Assembly (NCBI GenBank): GCA_036504855.1
Contig: DASXUL010000185.1
Location: forward strand, 21,634 to 85,633
Length of the DNA stretch: 64,000 nucleotides
Origin: Armatimonadota bacterium
GTDB lineage: Bacteria; Armatimonadota; DTGP01; JAKQQT01
Reading direction: 5' to 3'
Part shown: piece by piece, positions 18,175 to 26,965 of the stretch
How positions within the stretch are numbered: position 1 is the stretch's first letter
How the letters are laid out: the number at the start of each line of letters is the position of its first letter
Notes under the pieces: generated by a model
Told to the model about the DNA's origin: nothing
Seen by the model: only the letters and a program-made list of their open reading frames with translations
Databases searched by the model: none
Translations under genes and position numbers: made by a program

Positions 18175-19539
18175 GTGTCGTTCTTCGGACTGAACCTGGC
18201 GGCCAGAGGGCTTGCGGCGCAGCAAAACGCCATGAACGTGGTGGGGCAGAACATCTCCAATGCCAGCACCGCGGGCTATCATCGGCAGAAGGCCACGATC
18301 TCATCCCTCTCCGTGGCCGGATCGAACGGCCAGCGCGCCATGGGCGCTGGTTCCGACGTTACCGACGTCCAGCGCATGCAGAACCAGTTCCTGGATGCTC
18401 AACTGATGGGCTCCGGACAGAACCTTGGCCGGTGGTCAGCCGGCAAGGACGCCCTGGACCAGGTGGTGGCTCTCATCAACGAGCCCTCCGACACGGGGCT
18501 GTCTTCGGACATGAGCAAGTTCTGGGCAGGATGGCAGGACCTCGCGCTGCATCCGGACAGCGCGTCTTCCCGCAACAACGTGCTCCAGGCGGGAACCACT
18601 CTCGCCGGCAGCTTCAACCGCATCGCCAGCGGGCTGCGCGGGGTACAGACGCAGCAGGACTCGGCTATCGCCGCGAACGTTGACCAGGTGAACCGGCTGG
18701 CCGCGAAACTGGCTTCACTCAATAACGACATCACGCAGTCCTCCATCTCCGGCCAGGCGCCGAATGACCTCCTCGACCAGCGCGGCACGGTTCTGACGGA
18801 ACTCTCGAACCTGGTGGATGTGCGCGTTCAGGGCAATGGCGGCGCCGGCGACACCATCACCTTGGGCGGCCGGTCTCTGGTGCAGGGCAGCCAATCGTTC
18901 GCGTTGAGCGCGGGGCAGGACGCTAACGGCCATACCACCGTACTCTGGAAGGAAGACGGCTCGGCGGCGAAGATCGCTGGCGGCGAAATCGGCGGCGAGA
19001 TCGACATCCAGCAGAACGTGATCCCCGCGTATATGGCCAAACTGGACGAAGTGGCCGTGGCGCTGCGCGATCGGGTGAACGCCGTTCACAGCGCCGGCAG
19101 CGGCCAGGACGGCACAACCGGCACGAACTTTTTCGTGGGCACGGACGCCGCCAGCCTGGCCGTGAACCCGGCCCTTCTGGCCGACCCGCGGCTTCTGGCG
19201 TCCGGCGCCACGAGCGCGGCGGGGGACGGCACGGTTGCCAAGGCGATCGCCGCAATCAAGTCTGAGGCGCTGGTCAGCGGTTCCACCCTGGGTGAGGCTT
19301 ACGGCAGCTTTGCCAGCCTCGCCGGGACGCACGCGGTGGCGATGCAAGACAAGCTGGACGCGGAGTCGCAACTGTCCGCCCAGCTCACCGTGCAGCAACA
19401 GAGCGTATCCGGGGTGAACCTGGATGAAGAGATGACGGACATGATCCGGTTTCAGCAGGCCTACAACGCCTCGGCGCGCGTGCTGACGACGATGGATGAG
19501 ATGATCTCCACGCTGATCAACAACTACGGCGCCCGATAA
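18175..19539 (+). CDS. flgK: Flagellar hook-associated protein 1 FlgK
   Basis: GTG start. 'SFFGLNLAARGLAAQQNAMNVVGQNISNASTAGYHRQ' and C-terminal 'GVNLDEEMTDMIRFQQAYNASARVLTTMDEM'. Confidence 0.92.
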   Translation: MSFFGLNLAARGLAAQQNAMNVVGQNISNASTAGYHRQKATISSLSVAGSNGQRAMGAGSDVTDVQRMQNQFLDAQLMGSGQNLGRWSAGKDALDQVVALINEPSDTGLSSDMSKFWAGWQDLALHPDSASSRNNVLQAGTTLAGSFNRIASGLRGVQTQQDSAIAANVDQVNRLAAKLASLNNDITQSSISGQAPNDLLDQRGTVLTELSNLVDVRVQGNGGAGDTITLGGRSLVQGSQSFALSAGQDANGHTTVLWKEDGSAAKIAGGEIGGEIDIQQNVIPAYMAKLDEVAVALRDRVNAVHSAGSGQDGTTGTNFFVGTDAASLAVNPALLADPRLLASGATSAAGDGTVAKAIAAIKSEALVSGSTLGEAYGSFASLAGTHAVAMQDKLDAESQLSAQLTVQQQSVSGVNLDEEMTDMIRFQQAYNASARVLTTMDEMISTLINNYGAR

Positions 19540-19590
19540 CCGGATACCATCCCGGGGCGCGAGACTCGCCACCCGGATTGAGAGAGTGTT

Positions 19591-20508
19591 ATGCGAATCA
19601 CGACGCAGATGATGAATACGAGCATGCAGGCGAACCTGGGCTCGGCTATCGACCGACTGATGACGCTGCAAAACCAGGCGTCCAGCGGTAAGCGCATCCA
19701 GAGCGTCTCCGATGACCCCATCGGCGCCGCGCAGGCGATGGGCTACCGCTCATCGCTGGCCAGCATCGCGCAATACTCGAAGAACGTGACGCAGGCCAAA
19801 CTTCAGCTGGGGCTTGCCGACTCCACCCTGAGCGACGTTACGAAGGCGCTGCAGGAAGCCAAGCGGGTGGGCCTGCAGGGCGCCAACGCGGCCACCTCGG
19901 ACGATCAGCGCAAGGCGATGGCCGTTCAGGTGCAGCAGCAGATTGATAACATCCTGCAGGACGTGAACGCGACGAACCTGGACCACCACCTTTACGGCGG
20001 CTTCGCCACTACATCGGATCCGGTGTCGCTCAACCCGGCCGGAGGTTCGCCCCCCTACGTGTACAACGGCGATGATGGCGTGACGAAGGTGGCGATGAAT
20101 GACTCCACGGAGATCCAGACGAGCCTGACGGCGAAACAGATACTGAACTTCGGCGGCGCTGCCGATGCCAGCTCGCCGGACCTGATGACCACCCTCGTGG
20201 GCCTCCGCGATGCTTTGAACGCCAACGATACGACCGCCATCCAGACGGGCCTGAAGAACCTCGAGGGGGGGATCCAGAGTACGATCACGCTGCGCGGGCT
20301 GGTGGGCGCCCGGGCGCAGCAGGTGGAGTTGCACGCAACGCGGCTGAGCGATGCGGAAGCCACCATCAGCGAGCAGTTAACGTCCGTTGAAGACGTGGAC
20401 ATCACCAAGGTGCTCACGCAACTGCAAACGGAGCAGAATGTTTACCAGGCGTCGTTGCTAGCAACGAGCAAGATGGTGCAGTCCAGTTTGGCGGATTACC
20501 TGAAGTAG
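19591..20508 (+). CDS. flgL: Flagellar hook-associated protein 3 FlgL
   Basis: 'MRITTQMMNTSMQANLGSAIDRLMTLQNQASSGKRIQSVSDDP' flagellin-N type, and C-terminal 'EDVDITKVLTQLQTEQNVYQASL'. Confidence 0.9.
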   Translation: MRITTQMMNTSMQANLGSAIDRLMTLQNQASSGKRIQSVSDDPIGAAQAMGYRSSLASIAQYSKNVTQAKLQLGLADSTLSDVTKALQEAKRVGLQGANAATSDDQRKAMAVQVQQQIDNILQDVNATNLDHHLYGGFATTSDPVSLNPAGGSPPYVYNGDDGVTKVAMNDSTEIQTSLTAKQILNFGGAADASSPDLMTTLVGLRDALNANDTTAIQTGLKNLEGGIQSTITLRGLVGARAQQVELHATRLSDAEATISEQLTSVEDVDITKVLTQLQTEQNVYQASLLATSKMVQSSLADYLK

Positions 20509-20582
20509 GAACCATCCGGCGGCGGTCCCGCCGGCGCGGCGTCGAGCCGGCGCAAAGGCCGGGACAAAGGAGCGAGTTGGAG

Positions 20583-21047
20583 ATGATCGTTGAAACATCG
20601 CGGTTTGGGCGCGTGGAAGTGGATCCATGCAATGTCATCGAGATTCCGCGCGGGCTGATTGGATTCCCGCCGGAGCAACGGTTCATCCTGTTTGAGCACA
20701 AGCCTGGCGAGCCGTTCCGCTGGCTGCAATCACTGGATGACCCGGCCCTGGCGCTGGTAGTGGTGGACCCCCACATCTTCTTCCCGGACTACGAGGCGGA
20801 GATCTCGGAGGAGGAGGCGCGCGCGCTGGGAATCGACGATCCGGGCGAAGCGCAGATCCTGACCACCGTGACGGTGCGCCGGTCCATGGGTCAGATCACA
20901 ACGAACCTGCTGGGCCCGCTGGTTATCAGCCTGCGCAATGGCCGCGGCGCGCAGTTGGTGCTGGACGGCGACCGTTATACGACGCGCCATCCCCTGCCGA
21001 TGGCCGCGCGCCGCGAAGAAGAACCAAGCCTTTCATCGGTAGCGTAG
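20583..21047 (+). CDS. fliW: Flagellar assembly factor FliW (CsrA antagonist)
   Basis: 'IVETSRFGRVEVDPCNVIEIPRGLIGFPPEQRFILFEH...PFRWLQSLDDPALALVVVDP'. The ATG at 20583 is preferred over the TTG at 20577 because of spacing to AAAGGAG. Confidence 0.9.
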   Translation: MIVETSRFGRVEVDPCNVIEIPRGLIGFPPEQRFILFEHKPGEPFRWLQSLDDPALALVVVDPHIFFPDYEAEISEEEARALGIDDPGEAQILTTVTVRRSMGQITTNLLGPLVISLRNGRGAQLVLDGDRYTTRHPLPMAARREEEPSLSSVA

Positions 21048-21066
21048 ACCGCGCAAGGAGCCCCAA

Positions 21067-21306
21067 ATGCTGGTACTCACCCGCCGCGCGGGACAGAGCA
21101 TACAAATCGGGGAGGATGTGGAGATCACGGTCGTGGAAGTGCGGGGCGACCAGGTTCGCCTGGGCATCAACGCGCCGCGCAACGTTTCCATCCTCCGAAA
21201 GGAAATTCTGGAAGAGATCCACGCCGAAACGCGCCAGGCCGCCGAGGCCGACGCCGACGTTCTGGCGGAGCTCTCCGGGATCGCCGGGGAAACCCCCGGC
21301 CCATGA
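21067..21306 (+). CDS. csrA: Carbon storage regulator / translational repressor CsrA
   Basis: 'MLVLTRRAGQSIQIGEDVEITVVEVRGDQVRLGINAPRNVSILRKEI' is near-canonical CsrA. Confidence 0.95.
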   Translation: MLVLTRRAGQSIQIGEDVEITVVEVRGDQVRLGINAPRNVSILRKEILEEIHAETRQAAEADADVLAELSGIAGETPGP

Positions 21307-21312
21307 CGCCAT

Positions 21313-21334
21313 CCGCCCGCCGAGAGGCGGGCGG
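21313..21334 (+). terminator. GC-rich hairpin after csrA (9-bp stem, GAGA loop)
   Basis: 'CCGCCCGCC GAGA GGCGGGCGG' begins 7 nt after the csrA stop. There is no U-tract, so intrinsic termination is only plausible. Confidence 0.5.
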
Positions 21335-21770
21335 TAGATCCGGCTATCCCGTAACACGGATGCGGATCGGCGCGCCCGCTGCCAGAGGGCGGCCCCACAC
21401 CGGCAACCACGTTGTCGCCGCCGCCGATACTGCCGCCCCCAGCCAGACTGTTGTCGCCGCCCGCGGCGCGGGTAGTAGGGCGGTGAAGACGCCTCCGGCA
21501 GCAGCGCCTCTACAACCAAATACCGCTTAAGCCTTCCGTGAATGCGTCGAAAACAAGCATGGAAGCAACCGACCCAACCGGGCACGGGGCGGGGGGAGAA
21601 AGCCTGAAGCCGCCTCACGCGGCCGACGAGAAGGCGAACGACAAGGCGCGGCCACTTTCCTCACGTTCGATGCGCTCGGCACAGGGCGCGCATACCATCT
21701 GCGCTTCACCGGGAAGCGCCACGTCCGGGCCCCACGGCCCAACTGTCAACCACCGGCCATAGGCCGGGCT

Positions 21771-21816
21771 GGGAACAGGATGTTCCCGGCGTTGGAATCA
21801 AGGAGGAGTATTCCAA
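21771..21816 (+). promoter_or_regulatory. Two GGA-presenting hairpins in the fliC leader (candidate CsrA binding sites; the second sequesters the SD)
   Basis: 21771..21787 is 'GGGAAC AGGAT GTTCCC'. 21792..21816 is 'TTGGAAT CAAGGAGGAGT ATTCCAA', ending directly at the fliC ATG (21817). Confidence 0.65.
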
Positions 21817-23370
21817 ATGTCCCTGAGAATTAACCTCAACAGCGCGGCGGCAAGCGCCGCCCGCAACCTGGCGGGCACCGACAACAACCTGAGCAAGTCG
21901 ATTGAGCGCCTGTCGTCCGGTTACAAGATCAACCGCGGCGCGGACGATCCGGCCGGTTTGGTCATCTCCGAAAAGCTGCGCGCTCAGGTCTCGGGTATGA
22001 CCCAGGCCATCTCCAACTCGCAGGACGCGGTAAACCTCATCAAGACCGCTGAAGGCGCCCTCACCGAAACCAACAGCCTTCTTCGCGGCATGCGAGACCT
22101 GGCGGTCCACGCCTCCAACCTCGGCGCCAATGACAGCGCCTCCATCGCGGCGGACCAGGTCCAGATCAACTCCGCCCTGCAGAGCCTGAACAACATCTCC
22201 AGCCGGACCTCGTTCGGCAACAAGAAGCTCCTGGACGGCAGCGCCAGCGTCGGCCTCGGCGCGATCACAGGCGGCGGCGCCGCGGCGGGCTCCAACTCCG
22301 ACATCTCCTCCGTCACCGCGGCCTCCACCAACTCCGCCTTCATGAACGCCACCGGCGACAACGCCGTCTCGATCAAGATCACCCAGGACGCCGCCAAGGC
22401 CCAGTCCACCGGCGCGGCCGGCGTGGCCGCCGGCGCTCAGCTCTCCACCGCGGCGGGCTGGACAGCCACGACGACCTCTTCCATCAAGGTGAACGGCGTC
22501 GACCTCGGGACCTTCACCGCCGCCCAGACCGGCGACGACGTCATCAACGCCATCAACAACAATGCCACCCTGAGCCAGACCGTTGTCGCCACCCGCGGCG
22601 CGGGCAACAAGATCGAGATCACGTCGAAGCAGTACGGCAGCAGCCAGGGCATCACCGTTGAAGAGACCCTGCAGGACGCCACCGGCGCCGGCAATGCGGC
22701 AGCCTCCAACCTGGTTGCCACGGGCACCGTGGACACCGGGGACAACGCCGCCCACGCGACCACATCCGTGGCCTGGGGCAAAGACATCAAGGGCACCGTC
22801 TCCGGCAACGGCGTGGGCGGAGGCACTGTGGACTTCAACTCGGGCTCCGGCTTCGTGATGAAGAACACGGCCGGCGACGCCATCACCTTCTCGAGCGGCA
22901 TGACCGGCAAAGCGGCCAGCAACGCCACCTACACCAGCACGGTGACCGGTTCCGGCACCGTCTTCCAGCTCGGCGCCTTCGCCGGCGAAACGGCCGCCGT
23001 CTCGCTGTCTAGCGCAGCCGCCAACGCCCTGGGCACGGGCGCCTCGACGGTGTTCGCCAGCGTGGCCAACATCGACCTGACGACCAACGCTCAGGAAGCC
23101 ATCAAGGTCCTGGACGCGGCCATCAGCCAGGTGTCCACCACCCGGGCCAACCTGGGCGCCTTCCAGAAGAACGTTCTGGAATCCAACATCAACTCCCTTG
23201 GCGTGGCCAAGGAGAACATCTCCGCCTCCGAAAGCCAGATCCGTGATACGGACATGGCTCAGGAAATGACCAACTTCACCCGCTTGAACATCATGGAGCA
23301 GGCGGGCACGGCCATGTTGACCCAGGCCAACCAGCAGCCGCAGCAGCTCCTGAGCCTCCTCCGCGGCTAA
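21817..23370 (+). CDS. fliC: Flagellin
   Basis: 'MSLRINLNSAAASAARNLAGTDNNLSKSIERLSSGYKINRGADDPAGLVISEKLRAQ' and C-terminal 'ANLGAFQKNVLES...DTDMAQEMTNFTRLNIMEQAGTAMLTQANQQPQQLLSLLRG'. Confidence 0.95.
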   Translation: MSLRINLNSAAASAARNLAGTDNNLSKSIERLSSGYKINRGADDPAGLVISEKLRAQVSGMTQAISNSQDAVNLIKTAEGALTETNSLLRGMRDLAVHASNLGANDSASIAADQVQINSALQSLNNISSRTSFGNKKLLDGSASVGLGAITGGGAAAGSNSDISSVTAASTNSAFMNATGDNAVSIKITQDAAKAQSTGAAGVAAGAQLSTAAGWTATTTSSIKVNGVDLGTFTAAQTGDDVINAINNNATLSQTVVATRGAGNKIEITSKQYGSSQGITVEETLQDATGAGNAAASNLVATGTVDTGDNAAHATTSVAWGKDIKGTVSGNGVGGGTVDFNSGSGFVMKNTAGDAITFSSGMTGKAASNATYTSTVTGSGTVFQLGAFAGETAAVSLSSAAANALGTGASTVFASVANIDLTTNAQEAIKVLDAAISQVSTTRANLGAFQKNVLESNINSLGVAKENISASESQIRDTDMAQEMTNFTRLNIMEQAGTAMLTQANQQPQQLLSLLRG

Positions 23371-23409
23371 TCCGTGAGAGGCAGCCAAACGCTGCCGCCC
23401 TGAGATGAT

Positions 23410-23445
23410 GGGAGCCCGCCCCAGCGCAAGCCGGGGCAGGCTCCC
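23410..23445 (+). terminator. Compound GC-rich hairpin downstream of fliC
   Basis: 'GGGAGCC' at 23410..23416 pairs with 'GGCTCCC' at 23439..23445. Inner 'GCCCC' pairs with 'GGGGC'. Lies 40 nt after the fliC stop. Confidence 0.5.
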
Positions 23446-23471
23446 CCATCTCCTACAGAAAGGGGCAGTGT

Positions 23472-23843
23472 ATGAGGATTGACGCCGTCGGTCTGGGTGT
23501 TGATGTTGCGGCCCGACCGCCGAACACCGAGGTCGCTCCGAATCGCCAAGCCGCTCAACCGGCGCCGGTTCAACCGGCGTCTGGCGGCGGCGGCCGCGAC
23601 GAGCGGGCCCAGGCGGATAAGGCGGCCCAGGCCCGTGAGGTAGATCGCTACGAATCGGCCAAGGATGCCGCGCCGTCTCTGGAGACGCGGATCTCCGTGG
23701 ACCAGACCACGCATGAGACCTACGTGCAAGTTGTGGACTCGGCAAAACAAGAGGTGGTCGTAGAGCTGCCGTCGGAGAAGATCCGATTGCTTTCCGAGAG
23801 CCTTGCTGAAGCGGCCGGCAAAAAGCTGGACGTGAAGGCGTAA
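23472..23843 (+). CDS. flaG: FlaG family flagellar protein
   Basis: 123 aa. C-terminal 'RISVDQTTHETYVQVVDSAKQEVVVELPSEKIRLLSESL' is FlaG-like. Position between fliC and fliD fits. Confidence 0.75.
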   Translation: MRIDAVGLGVDVAARPPNTEVAPNRQAAQPAPVQPASGGGGRDERAQADKAAQAREVDRYESAKDAAPSLETRISVDQTTHETYVQVVDSAKQEVVVELPSEKIRLLSESLAEAAGKKLDVKA

Positions 23844-23918
23844 AACACACAGACTGTCTGCCCGTGCGCCGTGGAACGCGGCGACCAAGCGGGCCCAAAC
23901 GCTTTAGGTCCGTTTGCT

Positions 23919-23943
23919 CCGGCTCGCGTTGATCGCGAGCCGG
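23919..23943 (+). terminator. Perfect 10-bp hairpin between flaG and fliD
   Basis: 'CCGGCTCGCG TTGAT CGCGAGCCGG'. Function (terminator, attenuator or stabiliser) cannot be resolved from sequence. Confidence 0.4.
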
Positions 23944-23992
23944 ACGAAACGGGACCGCCAAGAGGAACGCAAGCGCGCTAGCAGGGGACACC

Positions 23993-26029
23993 ATGGCACT
24001 GACCGCGACAACATCATCAGCAGGATCGGCCAGCATCAGTGGCCTCATCTCCGGCCTGGATACGGATGGCATCATCACCAAGATGATGGACTACGCGAAG
24101 AAGCCCGTAGCGATCCTGCAAGACCAGCAGGCCGGCTACATGGAGAAGCTCACCGCGTGGCAGAACGCCAACACCCGCCTGCTCGCGCTGAAGACCAACG
24201 CGGCCTCGATCGCCACCGCAGTGAGCTTCCAGACCAAGACCGTGAGCGTTAGCGATGACTCCGCGCTTGGGGTGACCGTGAGTTCCACCACCACGCCGGG
24301 ATCCTATACCTTTACGGTGAACCGCCTGGCCGCCGCCGAGCAGCGCCAATCGCAGAGCTTCGCCGACATGGACAAGACCACGATCGGCACGGGCTCCGTC
24401 ACGGTCGGATCCGGCGAAAACACGCAGACGATCACCATCAACGGTTCCAACAACACGTTGGCCGGTCTGCGCGACTCCATCAACAAAGCCAACACGGGGG
24501 TCACCGCCTCCATCGTGGACCTTGGCTCGCAGGGCGCGCACGACTACCGCCTTTCCCTCGCCTCGAACAGCACCGGACAACAGAACGCCATCACCTGGAC
24601 GCCCACCCTCACGGGAGGAACCGCCCCCGCGTGGACCGTAACCGCCGCCGCCCAGGATGCCTCCATTACGGTTGGTACCGGCGCAACCGCCACCACCGTC
24701 ACCCAGAGCAGCAACACGATATCGAGCATCTACCCCGGCATGGTGCTGACCTTGAAAGAGGCGGACACCGGCACAGCCATCAAGGTGGACGTGTCTGCCG
24801 ACACCGACGCTCTGAAGGGCGCCATCACCTCGTTTGTGAATCAGTACAACTCGTTGATGGACTTCATGAACGATCAGCAGAAGTTCGACTCAACCACAAA
24901 CACCAGCGGCACCTTGTTCGGCGACTTCGCGCTGCAAAACGTGGAGTCCACGCTGCGCTCTGGGGTGCTGAACTCCGTTGTGGGCCTGCCATCGGCGATG
25001 AGCAGCCTCAGCCAGATCGGGTTCACCAGCGATTCGAATGATCACCTCGTGGTGGATTCGGCGACGCTGGCCTCGGCCATGTCATCGAACCCGAATGGCG
25101 TGATGAAGCTCTTTGCCGGTTACGGCGAGGCCAGCGACCAGACGATCTCATTCCTGGCGTCCGGCACAAAGACGCAGGCGTCCGGCACGGCCGGCTACAA
25201 GGTGCGCATCGATCAGGTGGCCGCGGCCGCCAGGGTCACCGCCGGCGCGGCGCAGACAGACGTGCTGGCCTCTTCCGAGACCATTACCATCAACTCCAAC
25301 ACCATCGCTCTGCAGGCGGGTTGGACCCAGCAGCAGGTGGTTGACGCCATCAATGCAAAGAGCACGGTAACCGGGATCACAGCGAGCGCTACGAGCGCGG
25401 ACGGCTCCGGCTCCGGCAACTATCTGACGCTAACGGCCAACTCGGTGGGCGCATCCAGCCATGTGACCGTGCTGGACAGCGTCTCGAACGGCGGAGTATC
25501 CACGCCCACTACCGGAACCGCGGGGTTTGGCAGCGCGATCGTTACAGAAGCCCTGGCTTACGGCGAGAACGGCAAGGGCTCTGGAACCGTGGGCAAGGAT
25601 GTGGCCGGAGCCTTCGGCGTTACCGTGAATGGCGTTACCACGTGGGAGGCCGCCACGGGACAGGGGCAGACGCTCAGCGGAGCCTCCGGAAACAAGAACA
25701 CGGATGGCCTCCAGGTCATCTCCAAGGCCACCACAACCGGTGACCACGGAACCGTCACCCTGACGTTGGGGGTAGCGGCGCAGCTCAACAACTCGCTGGA
25801 CTATCTCACCGGCACGAATGGGGCCGTCACCACGGCGCAGACGTCGCTGAGCGCCCAGATCGACGACATTAAGAGCACGATCGCCAGCCAGCAGGATCGC
25901 CTGACGATCTACGAGGACCGCATCCGCACGCAGTTCCAGTCCATGGAGACGCAGATGGGGGAACTCCAGAGTCAGAGCACTTACCTTTCATCGCAGATCA
26001 GCTCCTGGTCCAAGTCCAGCAGCTCGTAA
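23993..26029 (+). CDS. fliD: Flagellar filament cap protein FliD
   Basis: 'SISGLISGLDTDGIITKMMDYAKKPVAILQDQQAGYMEKLTAWQ' and C-terminal 'RLTIYEDRIRTQFQSMETQMGELQSQSTYLSSQI'. Confidence 0.92.
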   Translation: MALTATTSSAGSASISGLISGLDTDGIITKMMDYAKKPVAILQDQQAGYMEKLTAWQNANTRLLALKTNAASIATAVSFQTKTVSVSDDSALGVTVSSTTTPGSYTFTVNRLAAAEQRQSQSFADMDKTTIGTGSVTVGSGENTQTITINGSNNTLAGLRDSINKANTGVTASIVDLGSQGAHDYRLSLASNSTGQQNAITWTPTLTGGTAPAWTVTAAAQDASITVGTGATATTVTQSSNTISSIYPGMVLTLKEADTGTAIKVDVSADTDALKGAITSFVNQYNSLMDFMNDQQKFDSTTNTSGTLFGDFALQNVESTLRSGVLNSVVGLPSAMSSLSQIGFTSDSNDHLVVDSATLASAMSSNPNGVMKLFAGYGEASDQTISFLASGTKTQASGTAGYKVRIDQVAAAARVTAGAAQTDVLASSETITINSNTIALQAGWTQQQVVDAINAKSTVTGITASATSADGSGSGNYLTLTANSVGASSHVTVLDSVSNGGVSTPTTGTAGFGSAIVTEALAYGENGKGSGTVGKDVAGAFGVTVNGVTTWEAATGQGQTLSGASGNKNTDGLQVISKATTTGDHGTVTLTLGVAAQLNNSLDYLTGTNGAVTTAQTSLSAQIDDIKSTIASQQDRLTIYEDRIRTQFQSMETQMGELQSQSTYLSSQISSWSKSSSS

Positions 26030-26099
26030 GAACGAAACCACACAGGCCGGCACGGAAGCCTGCCTATCCAGGAAATCTCACGGAAGAGAATCACCCACT

Positions 26100-26525
26100 A
26101 TGGCACTGAATACCGCCTACCAACAATATCTCGACAGCCAGGTCATGACCGCAAGCAAGGGCAAGCTCCTGCTTCTGACCTACGACGGCGCCATCCGCTT
26201 CCTGCGCCAGGCGCAAGGGCATATGGCCGCGAAGTCGTTCGAGCAGCAGAACACCTGCCTCGCGAAAGCGCAGCGGATCATTCTGGAACTGATCTATACC
26301 CTCGACACGAAGGTGGATCCGGATCTGGCGCATCGGCTGACGCTGCTCTACGAGTACATGTTCAACCGCCTCATTGAGGCGAACGTGCATGACAACGCCG
26401 AGGCGGTTGATGAGGTGCTGGGTCATCTTTCGGGTCTGCGCGAAGCGTGGGCCGATGCCGACCGGCAACTGACCACGTCGCCGGTGGAGTCTGGGAGCGA
26501 ACATGCAGCCGCCTTTGCCGCCTGA
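26100..26525 (+). CDS. fliS: Flagellin-specific chaperone FliS
   Basis: 'NTAYQQYLDSQVMTASKGKLLLLTYDGAIRFLRQA' and 'IILELIYTLD...LYEYMFNRLIEANV'. Confidence 0.92.
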   Translation: MALNTAYQQYLDSQVMTASKGKLLLLTYDGAIRFLRQAQGHMAAKSFEQQNTCLAKAQRIILELIYTLDTKVDPDLAHRLTLLYEYMFNRLIEANVHDNAEAVDEVLGHLSGLREAWADADRQLTTSPVESGSEHAAAFAA

Positions 26526-26964
26526 GGACGTCGTACAAAACCTGTTGACCGCTCTGCTGGAGTGGAAGGGGCTAACCGGCCGCCTTCTGGATCTGGCCGG
26601 GAAGCAACTGAAGGAGATCCTGAACCCGCGCGAGGATGGCGTTCTGAACGCGATCCTCGCGGACAAGCAGCAGGTCTACGTTGCCGCGTGCGCCACGTCG
26701 GAGCGCGTGGTAACGCTGGGCTCGCCGTCCTCGCTTTCGTCGCAACCGGAGCATGCGTGGAGTCGCATCCAGGCCCTTCGCGCCGAGATCGGCGACGCGT
26801 TGATGGAACTGGAGCGGGTGGAAACGCGCTGCCGGGAGGTTCTGGCGGAGCGCATGGCGGCGCTGCGATCGGAGTTGGAGCGCTGCCAGCAGGGCGCCCG
26901 GATGCATAGCGCCTACGCGGGGCCCGCGCCCGCGGCGTCGCGGTTCCTGGACAAGAGATACTAG
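26503..26964 (+). CDS. Hypothetical helical protein in the FliT position (FliT/FlgN-like by context only)
   Basis: 153 aa. Overlaps the fliS end by 23 nt. Predicted helical and coiled ('ALRAEIGDALMELERVETRCREVLAERMAALRSELERCQ'). No diagnostic motif. Confidence 0.4.
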   Translation: MQPPLPPEDVVQNLLTALLEWKGLTGRLLDLAGKQLKEILNPREDGVLNAILADKQQVYVAACATSERVVTLGSPSSLSSQPEHAWSRIQALRAEIGDALMELERVETRCREVLAERMAALRSELERCQQGARMHSAYAGPAPAASRFLDKRY

Positions 26965-26965
26965 C

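Noticed and set aside
21335-21770. Possible CsrB-like decoy sRNA in the long csrA-fliC spacer.
   Set aside because: Only a few scattered GGA motifs occur ('cacGGAtgcGGAtc', 'catGGAag'), with no array of GGA-loop hairpins. This is insufficient for a sponge-RNA call.
23842-23870. Sigma-28-like 'TAAA-N15-GCCCGTGC' upstream of fliD.
   Set aside because: Only 4 of 8 positions of the -10 element match, and the critical CGA core is absent.
21706-24081. 791-aa ORF antisense to fliC/flaG. Similar long antisense ORFs occur at 2..1072, 9093..10829, 11907..12620, 34209..35396, 38681..39709, 43246..44277, 48099..49115 and 55090..56190.
   Set aside because: These are GC-rich shadow frames. They are Arg/Gly/Pro/Ala-rich, low-complexity translations lying opposite genes with unmistakable family motifs. 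They have no RBS or domain signal.
26049-26064. Sigma-54-like 'GGCAC ggaagcc TGCC' upstream of fliS.
   Set aside because: The GG-to-GC spacing is one nucleotide too long (11 instead of 10) and the -12 region lacks TTGC. The sequence is better explained as a small hairpin, 'caggc...gcctg'.
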